DNA of 46,526 nucleotides, from IMG/VR virus record IMGVR_UViG_3300014803_000005. One strand, given 5' to 3'. Positions 27,777 through 35,549 of this stretch are shown in pieces. Position numbers and translations under genes: made by a program. Numbering within the stretch: the first letter of the stretch is position 1; the number at the start of each line of letters is the position of its first letter. The stretch is from a virus. Below the pieces are notes generated by a model. The model was given only the letters and a program-made list of their open reading frames with translations. It had not been told where the DNA came from and searched no databases.

Positions 27777-28417
27777 TACTTTGATGCGGGTTTCAAATCC
27801 GTAAGCGGGTTAAACGCCGGGGCAACAATCGCCAAATCGTCCGACCAATTCGGCAAAAACGACCATTGTATTGCGTTGCTGTCCGGGGCTTCCAATCCGC
27901 CCAACGTCTTATCGCCGATAAACAACGAACGTATCGGTATCGGGTAATATGTACCGTCTGTACTCCCCTTGATTGCGCCGATTGCGCCGTTTTCGTCGAA
28001 AATGAAGATACCCAAATTGTCGCCCCAACTTTCGCATTGCATTTCCTTTAATGCCTTGATAACCTCCTGCGGGGCTTTGCGGATAACTCCGGTAAACGGG
28101 GTTGGTTCACGTCCAATAATCTCTTCGACGCCTCCTAACGTTTCGTTACCGCCTCCAAAGGTGCGGGCGGCTCCCGCCTCGGCGGTCGGGGCTTGGATAT
28201 ACGGCGAAACAACTATTTTCGTGCTATCCGCCGCCGATAACAGGGGCGTCCATGACGCTAACGCCGTAATCGCTTTTTCACTCGTAAAACTGTTTTTGCT
28301 TCCGTCGTCTTTCATAAGACGTTGAAAAGCCACTTTCTGAACCTGTCCGAAACTTTCCGAACACGTAATTGCGGGTACATCGGGCAACGCCGCCCCCGCC
28401 GGACATTTACAAATCAT
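27776..28417 (-). CDS. Structural protein candidate (213 aa), possibly tail-tube-like
   Basis: Beta-rich, Gly-rich sequence. The tail-tube resemblance is only an impression and is unverified. Confidence 0.3.
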   Translation of the reverse strand: MICKCPAGAALPDVPAITCSESFGQVQKVAFQRLMKDDGSKNSFTSEKAITALASWTPLLSAADSTKIVVSPYIQAPTAEAGAARTFGGGNETLGGVEEIIGREPTPFTGVIRKAPQEVIKALKEMQCESWGDNLGIFIFDENGAIGAIKGSTDGTYYPIPIRSLFIGDKTLGGLEAPDSNAIQWSFLPNWSDDLAIVAPAFNPLTDLKPASK

Positions 28418-28540
28418 ACTTCTTTGTTTTTAACGTTAAAAATATTGTTACTTTCTCCGGGGCTGTCCCTTTGCCCCCTCGTTTCGGTTACAAAGTTATA
28501 AACTTTTTCCCGGATAATCTTGCATATCTCAAAAATATTG

Positions 28541-30094
28541 CTAATTGCGTCGTCTTACGCCTCGGTTTGCGTGTGCGTATGGCTGTATATTGCCGTCCGC
28601 AATCTCCTTTTCATATATCCCGGTCAATCCGTCCTCCGGGTCGTCGTGCGTATTGGCTCCGAAATTGCGCAAAAATCCGGTTACATGGTCGTAAACGGCT
28701 TTGTACCGGGTTTCCCAACCGAACGGCATAATTATATGTTGATTAACCATTGCGGACGCTGTTATTATCCGGCTTTCCTTGTTGCCCCCTTGATAAAACG
28801 GGTCGGTAATCGCCCGGACTTTCTTTTTGATAACCTTTTCATAACCCGCACCACCGTTGTTGCTCTCAACCCACGCTTTTTGCGTCCCGTTCCGGTTAAT
28901 CATCGCCGGGACGGTTACGGTTGTAACGTCCGTATTTTCGTCCGTCATTTCCATATCTGTAATAAGGGCAAACAATATCGGCTCCATGCGCTTTGTTTTC
29001 TCGTTGAAAAACAGATTGTCGGACTTATACACGTCATACGTTGCGGCAAACAACAGGTCGTCGCCCTCGTCGGCAACGTCAATGTATGCGCCGGAACGAA
29101 TGTACGTGCCGTAATCGGATTTTTCGACCCACGTTTTGAAAGGTTGGTACAATCGACCCTCGGCGGAACCGGGGTTGCCTTGATAGAGGCATTGAAATTG
29201 TACCGGGTCTAATGCTTTTTGCGCTTCCAACTTTTGCTTACTATGTCGGCTTTCCCATAATGCCGCCCCCGGTTCCCGTGGGTCTATCTCGGTCGGTTCC
29301 CCGGTTTTCAATCCCTCAAAATTTATGCGCACCCACGCCCCCGGCGTTACGTTCTCTAAATCCGCCCAACACTTAACATCAATAATCGTTTCGCCGCTCT
29401 TTTCAATGCGCCCTATCAAATCGTCGTCGTGCCAACGGGTAAATACAATCAATTCTTGACTATCGTTGTGTAAACGGGTGCGTACAACGGTCGTGTACCA
29501 TTTCCACGCCGCCGCCCGTACTATCGGGCTGTTACCCTCGGCGTAATCCTTATACACGTCGTCCAATATCGAAACGTCCACGGTTTTAGACGTCAGCGAA
29601 CCGCCACGACCGACGACACGCAACGACCCCTTACGCCCGACCATTTCGATAACATCGGAATTGCGCAAATAGGTATTCGCCATTGTTACGACGTTCGACC
29701 CATTCAAGTACGTGCCGGGGAATAATTCACGATACCGGGGCGTGTCGATTATTCGTTGAACGTCCCGGTTAAAATCCCGTGCGATTGTCGCCGCATACGA
29801 ACCGATACATATTTTGCGGTCGGGGTCTAACCCCAACATAAATGCGGGTAATTTGCGGCTCGACCCCTCCGATTTGCCATGTTGCGGCGGCTGTTGTACA
29901 ATCATCTTTCGTATTTTGCCGTGCGCAAACTTATCCAACAGGGTATAATATACAACGTGAAACGGTTCCAATACCAAATCCGGTTGCATATACCGGGCAA
30001 AGTTGATAAGACGTTTACGGGCGGCGGCTCGCACCAATTCGCCGGGGTCTGCCTTGATTGCCTCGTACATCTTCAATAATTCCTCGTTACTCAT
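28541..30094 (-). CDS. terL: Terminase large subunit
   Basis: Walker A-like QQPPQHGKSEGSS, Walker B-like VSILDD, and a C-terminal nuclease acidic motif IDVADEGDD. Confidence 0.85.
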   Translation of the reverse strand: MSNEELLKMYEAIKADPGELVRAAARKRLINFARYMQPDLVLEPFHVVYYTLLDKFAHGKIRKMIVQQPPQHGKSEGSSRKLPAFMLGLDPDRKICIGSYAATIARDFNRDVQRIIDTPRYRELFPGTYLNGSNVVTMANTYLRNSDVIEMVGRKGSLRVVGRGGSLTSKTVDVSILDDVYKDYAEGNSPIVRAAAWKWYTTVVRTRLHNDSQELIVFTRWHDDDLIGRIEKSGETIIDVKCWADLENVTPGAWVRINFEGLKTGEPTEIDPREPGAALWESRHSKQKLEAQKALDPVQFQCLYQGNPGSAEGRLYQPFKTWVEKSDYGTYIRSGAYIDVADEGDDLLFAATYDVYKSDNLFFNEKTKRMEPILFALITDMEMTDENTDVTTVTVPAMINRNGTQKAWVESNNGGAGYEKVIKKKVRAITDPFYQGGNKESRIITASAMVNQHIIMPFGWETRYKAVYDHVTGFLRNFGANTHDDPEDGLTGIYEKEIADGNIQPYAHANRGVRRRN

Positions 30095-30339
30095 GGTCGT
30101 ACAATTTTATCGGGTGTAACTATCAATTCGCCGGGCTTTTTCGGTATCCAATTCAAACACGCCGTTTCGCTCCTTATCCGGCAACGGTTCGGGGTAAACG
30201 GACAACGGCAACAAATCGGCAATCTATTTGCAACATCTAAATTCGCATGGTCGAAATACCAAACACCGTGTCCGCAATCCCCGCAATAATGGTTCGTTTT
30301 GGTTACAACCTGTTTAACAACATTCATTCGCCTTGCCAT
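30091..30339 (-). CDS. Cys-rich small protein between terS and terL
   Basis: 82 aa with CGDCGH...CCRC...C. Confidence 0.5.
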   Translation of the reverse strand: MARRMNVVKQVVTKTNHYCGDCGHGVWYFDHANLDVANRLPICCRCPFTPNRCRIRSETACLNWIPKKPGELIVTPDKIVRP

Positions 30340-31004
30340 TATTGCGCCCCTCCTTTCTCGGCGATTGTCTTTTGAAATTCGGCGGACTGCAATTTGTCGG
30401 CGACGGCAAACAACAGGTCGTCCGGGATTGCCTTAACATCGTATTTCGGTTTATCGTCGTCCGTCCCGGCGTTGTATCCGGGTATCTCGATTTTAACGGG
30501 TGCATCAAATCCCAACATCTTTGCCCGGCGTTGTTGAATGTTCAACAGCAAGTCCAAAAACCGGGGATTGCCCGCCGACGTTTCAACGGTCGTTTCGTCA
30601 TACCCGTAATATTCCGGGTCGCCGTCGGTCGCATCCGTTTTGATAGGACGCCCCCGGTTGGTTTTCTCTTTGGTGCGCTGCTTTCCGGTTTTGGATACCT
30701 CCCACGCCTCCCACGCTTGTTGCTCCATTTTATCCAACTTGCGCAATTCCTGCGTAACATATTCGTCGATTGTTTCCAACCGTTCCCGCTTCCATTCGAT
30801 AAGGCATTGTTGCAAATCGTAATAAACCATTTGAAACGAAATTGTATAACCAACGCCACGGGCGGACAAATCCCGGTTCAATGCGTCCGCAATTTCCCGG
30901 TACGAATAACCACGCAAAAATAAATCGGCACAAAACCGAATGTCATAAATTCGTTGTTCCTCGGAACGTTTGTTGTAGCCTAATGGCTTCTTTCTCTTTT
31001 TCAT
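30339..31004 (-). CDS. terS: Terminase small subunit candidate
   Basis: N-terminal HTH-like GYSYREIADAL, then a QQAWEAWE coiled region and GNPRFLDLLLNIQQRRAKMLG. Lies just upstream of terL. Confidence 0.55.
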   Translation of the reverse strand: MKKRKKPLGYNKRSEEQRIYDIRFCADLFLRGYSYREIADALNRDLSARGVGYTISFQMVYYDLQQCLIEWKRERLETIDEYVTQELRKLDKMEQQAWEAWEVSKTGKQRTKEKTNRGRPIKTDATDGDPEYYGYDETTVETSAGNPRFLDLLLNIQQRRAKMLGFDAPVKIEIPGYNAGTDDDKPKYDVKAIPDDLLFAVADKLQSAEFQKTIAEKGGAQ

Positions 31005-31042
31005 CGTCTAACCTCTTTTAATGTCAAACAGGGTTCAAAATC

Positions 31043-31142
31043 TGCCTTTTACGCCTTTTCGTCCTTTGGCTTGGTTCCTTATCGGCTCCTTTGCCTTTGT
31101 TCTTTCGTTCCGGGCTTTATCCTTTCCCCTGTTTACCTCCTT
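31043..31142 (-). other. 100-bp strongly strand-asymmetric tract (purine-rich on the coding strand) with repeated CAAAGG/GAAAGG units; pac-site or leader candidate
   Basis: The plus strand is almost entirely C/T and contains cctttg, cctttgcctttg and cctttc. It sits in a 342-bp ORF-free gap upstream of terS. Confidence 0.35.
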
Positions 31143-31231
31143 AAAACGTTGCTGACCCTTTTGCAAGTTATTTGCACGGAATTTCCATTTTAAGAGGCTT
31201 TATTGTCTTATTCAATACTTTCTATATCTCG

Positions 31232-31262
31232 GTGGTTATCTTTTAACCACGGGGCAAATTTA
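31232..31262 (-). promoter_or_regulatory. Candidate late promoter -7 box TAAATTTG followed by a 7-bp-stem hairpin
   Basis: The minus strand reads TAAATTTG at 31262-31255. GTGGTTA-N5-TAACCAC lies at 31250-31232. Confidence 0.35.
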
Positions 31263-31314
31263 CGGCTTTTTCGCCGCATTGCCAACCGTTTGTTCTCTCT
31301 CACATATAAACGGC

Positions 31315-31340
31315 AAAACCCCGGCTTTGTTTCCGGGGCT
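31315..31340 (-). terminator. Rho-independent terminator separating the early/middle and late regions
   Basis: The minus strand reads CCCCGG-AAACAAAG-CCGGGG followed by TTTTG. It lies just downstream of the stop at 31347. Confidence 0.6.
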
Positions 31341-31346
31341 TATTGC

Positions 31347-31562
31347 CTATTGTCCTATACCGTTTTCGTATCTCCCATTTGAGCAACGAAAATAATGTTG
31401 CGTTCCACGGGGGTTGGTGTATTTCGTTCCCCCTTTCATTTCCTTTATTGCCAAACATACCGGGGCGGGCTTTCCATTTACCGGAAATTCCGGGTTAAAA
31501 TATCGACACGTTCCGCATATCTTTTCGGGCTTCGATTGTCCGGGGCAATTACTTTTTCCCAT
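31347..31562 (-). CDS. Cys-rich small protein (71 aa)
   Basis: ORF containing CPG...CGTC...C...C. Confidence 0.5.
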   Translation of the reverse strand: MGKSNCPGQSKPEKICGTCRYFNPEFPVNGKPAPVCLAIKEMKGGTKYTNPRGTQHYFRCSNGRYENGIGQ

Positions 31563-31974
31563 TGTTGCCCCCTTTCCTTTTGTTCTTTGCCCGGCGTTTA
31601 TCCCGTAGGTTCCTTTTCGGCATTTCGACCCGGTGTATTTCTACTTTGGAACCGGGGAACATCTTGCCGAAAAATTCCGCCATTGCTCGCACCTCCTTTG
31701 GGACGTCGAACGCCTCCGGCTTCTTATGCTCCGGGCAAATCCCCCGAACCGGGCAATTGTCGCAATCCTCATTCCGCACAACCTCGCCCGGCTTATCGGC
31801 TTCTTTGAACCCGTGCCAATTGTCCCTCCGTGCGGACGCTTCGGCGAAATTCTCCATTGCTTCAACTGCTACTTCCGCCAATATGTAATCCGGGGTATCG
31901 TTAAAATGCGCCTCCAAAGAATTACGGTTGATAACCTCGGCAATCTCTTTCAAAAATTTTTCTCTTTTGTTCAT
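31549..31974 (-). CDS. Hypothetical protein with a basic C-terminal tail
   Basis: ATG at 31974 (MNKREKFL) follows the upstream stop at 31979. Contains CDNCPVRGIC. Confidence 0.55.
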   Translation of the reverse strand: MNKREKFLKEIAEVINRNSLEAHFNDTPDYILAEVAVEAMENFAEASARRDNWHGFKEADKPGEVVRNEDCDNCPVRGICPEHKKPEAFDVPKEVRAMAEFFGKMFPGSKVEIHRVEMPKRNLRDKRRAKNKRKGGNNGKK

Positions 31975-31978
31975 CGCT

Positions 31979-32692
31979 TTATTGATTTTTGGGTTTGTAC
32001 TCTTGGCACGGCATAACGCCGCACGATTGTTCACATTTGAACGCCTCGCAATAACCGTTCCCGTTGACGTCCTCGTTTGTAAAGTTGGCGCAATTCCCGC
32101 ATCCCTTATCGCCGGGTTCTTTCGGTACGCTTACGCCTTTCGGCTCAAACTCCCGGTTAAACTCTCTTTCCGGGCGGGTTGTCAATCGTCCGTCCGGCTC
32201 CCGGACAATGTAGTACGTTTCCGGGGCGTCAATGAAAATGCCGTTGCCGTCCGGGAACGAATAAACCGCCCGCCCGTTCGGGGTTCTCGGTATCGTCATG
32301 GTTCCGCCTCCGGTAAATCTCAACAGGTCGTCCAAATTGTCCCGGCGTACCTGTATTGCGTCAACTTCTAACAACGTGCGGCAATATCGGGTTCCCGCCG
32401 TGGCGTCCGGCTCAACTAACCGGGTGCGGATTTGTTCCGGGCATTCCGTCGGGTCGTACTCGACGTTGAAAACAACGGCGGCTTCTAACGTGTGGGTAAC
32501 TAACAAGCGTTTCCCCAATCGTCCGGCGACTGCCTGTTTTAGTGCTTCAATGCTTTTTCCCTGTATTTCGGTTGTGTCAACCGTGATTTCGTAACGGTCG
32601 GGTTTTTCCTCGACCTCCGGTTGGCTTTTGGCAATATCGCCAATCATAACCAACAATTCCGCATCAAACGGGTTTAACTTACTTTCTGTCAT
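31979..32692 (-). CDS. Hypothetical protein with a Cys-rich C-terminus
   Basis: 237 aa with CGNCANF...CEAFKCEQSC...C. Confidence 0.6.
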   Translation of the reverse strand: MTESKLNPFDAELLVMIGDIAKSQPEVEEKPDRYEITVDTTEIQGKSIEALKQAVAGRLGKRLLVTHTLEAAVVFNVEYDPTECPEQIRTRLVEPDATAGTRYCRTLLEVDAIQVRRDNLDDLLRFTGGGTMTIPRTPNGRAVYSFPDGNGIFIDAPETYYIVREPDGRLTTRPEREFNREFEPKGVSVPKEPGDKGCGNCANFTNEDVNGNGYCEAFKCEQSCGVMPCQEYKPKNQ

Positions 32693-32985
32693 CGCTCTAA
32701 TTTTTTATTCGTTCTTACTGTTTTCGGATATGCCAACCGCCAAAATATCGTTTTTCGGTCGGTTCTGTTGTACTTATCGCATTGTAAATGCGCCCCGGTG
32801 CAAACGTCCCGGTCTATCTTGCAACGGACGCACCGTTGGCAAAATAGGGTTCCGGGGTCGTCTGCTAACCTTTAGGCGGCTTTCGTCCATATCTCGGCAA
32901 TCAATACCATACCCCGGTAAACGCAACGTTCGCCGGGGTTGTACTCTCTGTTTGGGTCGAACGGTTCGGGTCGCTTTACTCTCAT
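32689..32985 (-). pseudogene. 98-codon reading frame interrupted by one in-frame TAA (32872-32874); a nonsense-disrupted or read-through gene
   Basis: Translated by hand as MRVKRPEPFDPNREYNPGERCVYRGMVLIAEIWTKAA*RLADDPGTLFCQRCVRCKIDRDVCTGAHLQCDKYNRTDRKTIFWRLAYPKTVRTNKKLER. ATGA overlaps link it to both neighbouring genes. After the TAA the only in-frame ATG/GTG/TTG is a TTG 16 codons before the stop. Confidence 0.5.
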
Positions 32986-33278
32986 TCTTTTCCCGCTTCG
33001 TTTACATAGTCAAACAATGCGTCCAAATCTTCCTTTGCGCCTTTTACGCAAATTCGTACCCTATCGCCGCCCGCTAATGCGGTTTCGACAATCTCGCAAT
33101 TATACCGGGGGGCGTTTATCTGTATCATTGCCGCCGTGGTATTCGTTACAAACTCGTTTCTTTCTTCCATGCTCTCGGATTTTTGAAGTAAATTAAATGC
33201 CTCCGTTGGTTCGTTCTCGCTTTGACACGCCCCCAACAAAAGCGTTGCCAAAGATAACAATAAAATCTTTGCTTTCAT
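32982..33278 (-). CDS. Secreted lipoprotein (98 aa)
   Basis: Signal peptide with lipobox, MKAKILLLSLATLLLGAC, followed by QSENEPTE. Confidence 0.75.
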   Translation of the reverse strand: MKAKILLLSLATLLLGACQSENEPTEAFNLLQKSESMEERNEFVTNTTAAMIQINAPRYNCEIVETALAGGDRVRICVKGAKEDLDALFDYVNEAGKE

Positions 33279-33493
33279 TGTTTTACCTTTCTTTTAATCC
33301 ATATAAACCGTATGCCAATGCCGAAAAACAATATTTTCGCCTCAATATCAACATAACGGTCGTAACCGTTTATTGCATCAATGGATACCCCAAATTGCCA
33401 ACTATGATATTGCCAATACTCACGGGCGTAAACATAGACGCCGACCCGCCCAACGTGTATGCCTGTTTGGACGGTGTGTTTGTCCTTACTCAT
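33275..33493 (-). CDS. Hypothetical protein (72 aa)
   Basis: ORF overlapping both neighbouring genes. Confidence 0.45.
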   Translation of the reverse strand: MSKDKHTVQTGIHVGRVGVYVYAREYWQYHSWQFGVSIDAINGYDRYVDIEAKILFFGIGIRFIWIKRKVKQ

Positions 33494-33998
33494 TGTGTGC
33501 CTCCTTTCTTGCTAATTCATAACCCTTTTTATCCATTACCATTGCCACGGGGTACGGCAATATACAATCTTTGGTATATACGAGATTATAGATACCCAAT
33601 TGCCCCTTAATCGGAAATTCAATAACCCGGCGGGGGTTGCGCATCAACCACCCGTACCCCTTTGTTATTTTCGCCCTCTTTTCCTTTGGAATCCGGGTGT
33701 TTTCCCAATCCTCCGGCGTAAACTCTTTTATCGGCTTTACGTCGTACAACTCAACCAATCCCAAAGTAACGCCGCTTTCCATTCCCGGATAAACCGGGGA
33801 CGCTGCGGAACATATCAGCACGTCGCCACGATAGGACGTGTTTTTGCTCCGAACTTCAATTGTCTTTTTCCCGTAAACAATACCGTTTTCGTCCTTGTAC
33901 GCCTCCGTTACCAAATCATTTGCGTATGGCTGTTTTACGGTCAACGCACGCCAACGGTCGTGCTTTTCCGGGTTGTAATCCTTATTACTGTACTGCAT
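33486..33998 (-). CDS. ASCH (PUA-like fold) domain protein
   Basis: ALTVKQPYANDLV...KTIEVRSKNTSYRGDVLICS...GLVELYDV...WLMRNPRRVIEFPIKGQLGIYN fits the ASCH pattern. Confidence 0.65.
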   Translation of the reverse strand: MQYSNKDYNPEKHDRWRALTVKQPYANDLVTEAYKDENGIVYGKKTIEVRSKNTSYRGDVLICSAASPVYPGMESGVTLGLVELYDVKPIKEFTPEDWENTRIPKEKRAKITKGYGWLMRNPRRVIEFPIKGQLGIYNLVYTKDCILPYPVAMVMDKKGYELARKEAHNE

Positions 33999-34000
33999 AT

Positions 34001-34174
34001 TTACTTTTTATTTTCGGGTTCCTCGGTTTCGTCGTCGGGTTCCGGGTAATGGATAAATCCAATTTGCCGGACGTTTTGCATTGGCTCGTAAATGATAACG
34101 ACAATATCGCCGTCCGTCCTTACTCCGACCAATCGGCAATCGGCGGGAACCTCAACCCGTATTTCACTTTTCAT
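34001..34174 (-). CDS. Small acidic-tailed hypothetical protein (57 aa)
   Basis: The ATG at 34174 (MKSEIRVEV) is preferred. The longer version would overlap the radical-SAM gene. Confidence 0.4.
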   Translation of the reverse strand: MKSEIRVEVPADCRLVGVRTDGDIVVIIYEPMQNVRQIGFIHYPEPDDETEEPENKK

Positions 34175-35006
34175 TGTTAAACAAATCCCAATTAACAGGG
34201 ACACAATACCCCGGCAATTCTCCCCGGTCAATCCCCAACGGATTAACAATACTATCTTTCCAATAGATACGGGGTTGTTCCGGGCGTCCCTCCCAATGTT
34301 CCGTAATCGTGTCGTAAATCAATCGTATTTCCCGTTTCGGATATTTGCCGCCGCTCTGCAATCCGATTTTATACAGGTCAACGAACGGATACGACAATTT
34401 GATTATCCTAATTGCCCGGTCGTACATTCCCGGCGGGATTGGCTCCACGCTTGCAAAGGTGCGGAACCCGTGGCGTTTTGCCCGTGCCAAAACATTAACC
34501 CGCATCGTATTTGGGTCGGCGTTCGGCTCCAATTCGTCGCAACCTGTCAACGTTGCGCCCAAAGCGATACGGGAAACGTCCCAACCCTCGGACGCCTCGG
34601 CAAAATCAATGAAGCGGTTCAACCCCTCGGCGCATTTGCTCAATATCTTAACCGGGACGCCGTGGCGTTGGCATACGCCGACCGCTTGACGGGTCAACCG
34701 TTCCGTTTCCGGCAACAACGGGTCGGTCGTGAACGAAAAGAATAACCCCGTTTTCTGCAATTCCTCCTTATGCGCCAACAATTCGTTTTTGAAAATATCC
34801 AAAGCGTATGGATATTCCCGCAACGTCTTTTTCAACTCCGGGCGACTGCCTCCCAATACCTTTGCGCCACGACCTTTGCGCAAATAACAGTAAGTACAAC
34901 CGTTGGAACAACCGACAAAGAAATTGGCGGCGTTCTCGGCGTATTCCCCGGCTTTACCTTTTGGGCTGTAAATAACCCGTCCGTTTATCGCTCTCATATC
35001 GTCCAC
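34164..35006 (-). CDS. Radical SAM protein, SplB/COG1533-like ('DNA repair photolyase' family)
   Basis: CX3CX2C cluster in the context VGCSNGCTYCYLRKG. About 280 aa with FSFTTDPLL and SVEPIPP segments resembling COG1533 proteins. Confidence 0.65.
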   Translation of the reverse strand: MDDMRAINGRVIYSPKGKAGEYAENAANFFVGCSNGCTYCYLRKGRGAKVLGGSRPELKKTLREYPYALDIFKNELLAHKEELQKTGLFFSFTTDPLLPETERLTRQAVGVCQRHGVPVKILSKCAEGLNRFIDFAEASEGWDVSRIALGATLTGCDELEPNADPNTMRVNVLARAKRHGFRTFASVEPIPPGMYDRAIRIIKLSYPFVDLYKIGLQSGGKYPKREIRLIYDTITEHWEGRPEQPRIYWKDSIVNPLGIDRGELPGYCVPVNWDLFNNEK

Positions 35007-35009
35007 GGC

Positions 35010-35426
35010 TTAAAATGGTAAATCGTCGTTTCCGTCGGGGGCGGGTGCATCCGGCACGGGCGGCGGCGGTACTTGCGCCCCGGCTCCGGTCGCTTTCGGG
35101 GTCAACATTTCCATATCGGTTGCGACTATCTCGGTAACATACCGTTTGACGCCTTGCGCATCGTCATAACTCCGGGTTCTCAATTCGCCCTCAATATACA
35201 GTTTGTCGCCCTTTTTGACGTACTGATTGGCGACCTTTGCCAACCCGTTTTGCAATACGACGTTATGCCATTCGGTACGCTCCGGGATTTGCCGCCCGTC
35301 CTTTGCGGTATAACCTCTTTTCGTGGTTGCCAACGAAAAGGTCGCCACGCAACCCCCGTTGTCGAACTCCTTAAAATCCGGGGCTTTCCCGGTATGTCCC
35401 ATCAAAATAACCTTGTTTACACTCAT
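35010..35426 (-). CDS. ssb: Single-stranded DNA-binding protein
   Basis: OB-fold pattern VNKVILMGHTGKAPD...TEWHNVV...GDKLYIEGELRTRSY, and a C-terminal acidic tip DDLPF. Confidence 0.9.
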   Translation of the reverse strand: MSVNKVILMGHTGKAPDFKEFDNGGCVATFSLATTKRGYTAKDGRQIPERTEWHNVVLQNGLAKVANQYVKKGDKLYIEGELRTRSYDDAQGVKRYVTEIVATDMEMLTPKATGAGAQVPPPPVPDAPAPDGNDDLPF

Positions 35427-35548
35427 ACAAAAAACGCTTTAATTATCCAAACAATGATACTATACAACGCCCACATATAAGACGCAACCGTTAACGTCAC
35501 GAACGTGTATAACGCAATTTTATATCCGGTTTTTGATTTTATTTTCAT
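35423..35548 (-). CDS. Small membrane protein (41 aa)
   Basis: Hand-translated as MKIKSKTGYKIALYTFVTLTVASYMWALYSIIVWIIKAFFV. Its stop forms an ATGA overlap with the ssb start. Below the ORF-track cutoff. Confidence 0.4.
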   Translation of the reverse strand: MKIKSKTGYKIALYTFVTLTVASYMWALYSIIVWIIKAFFV

Positions 35549-35549
35549 G

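Noticed and set aside
31005-31346. A tRNA or structured ncRNA gene in the large non-coding gap upstream of terS
   Set aside because: I could not find a cloverleaf-compatible arrangement or a T-loop-like GTTCNANNC box on either strand. Only simple hairpins are present. This was not tested computationally.
32872-32874. Stop-codon reassignment (alternative genetic code) as the explanation for the in-frame TAA
   Set aside because: TAA, TAG and TGA all terminate ORFs at sensible gene boundaries elsewhere. Examples are TAA at 594, 4988 and 6824, TAG at 4334, and TGA at 1319 and 32982. ORF lengths look normal under the standard code, so a genome-wide recoding is not supported.
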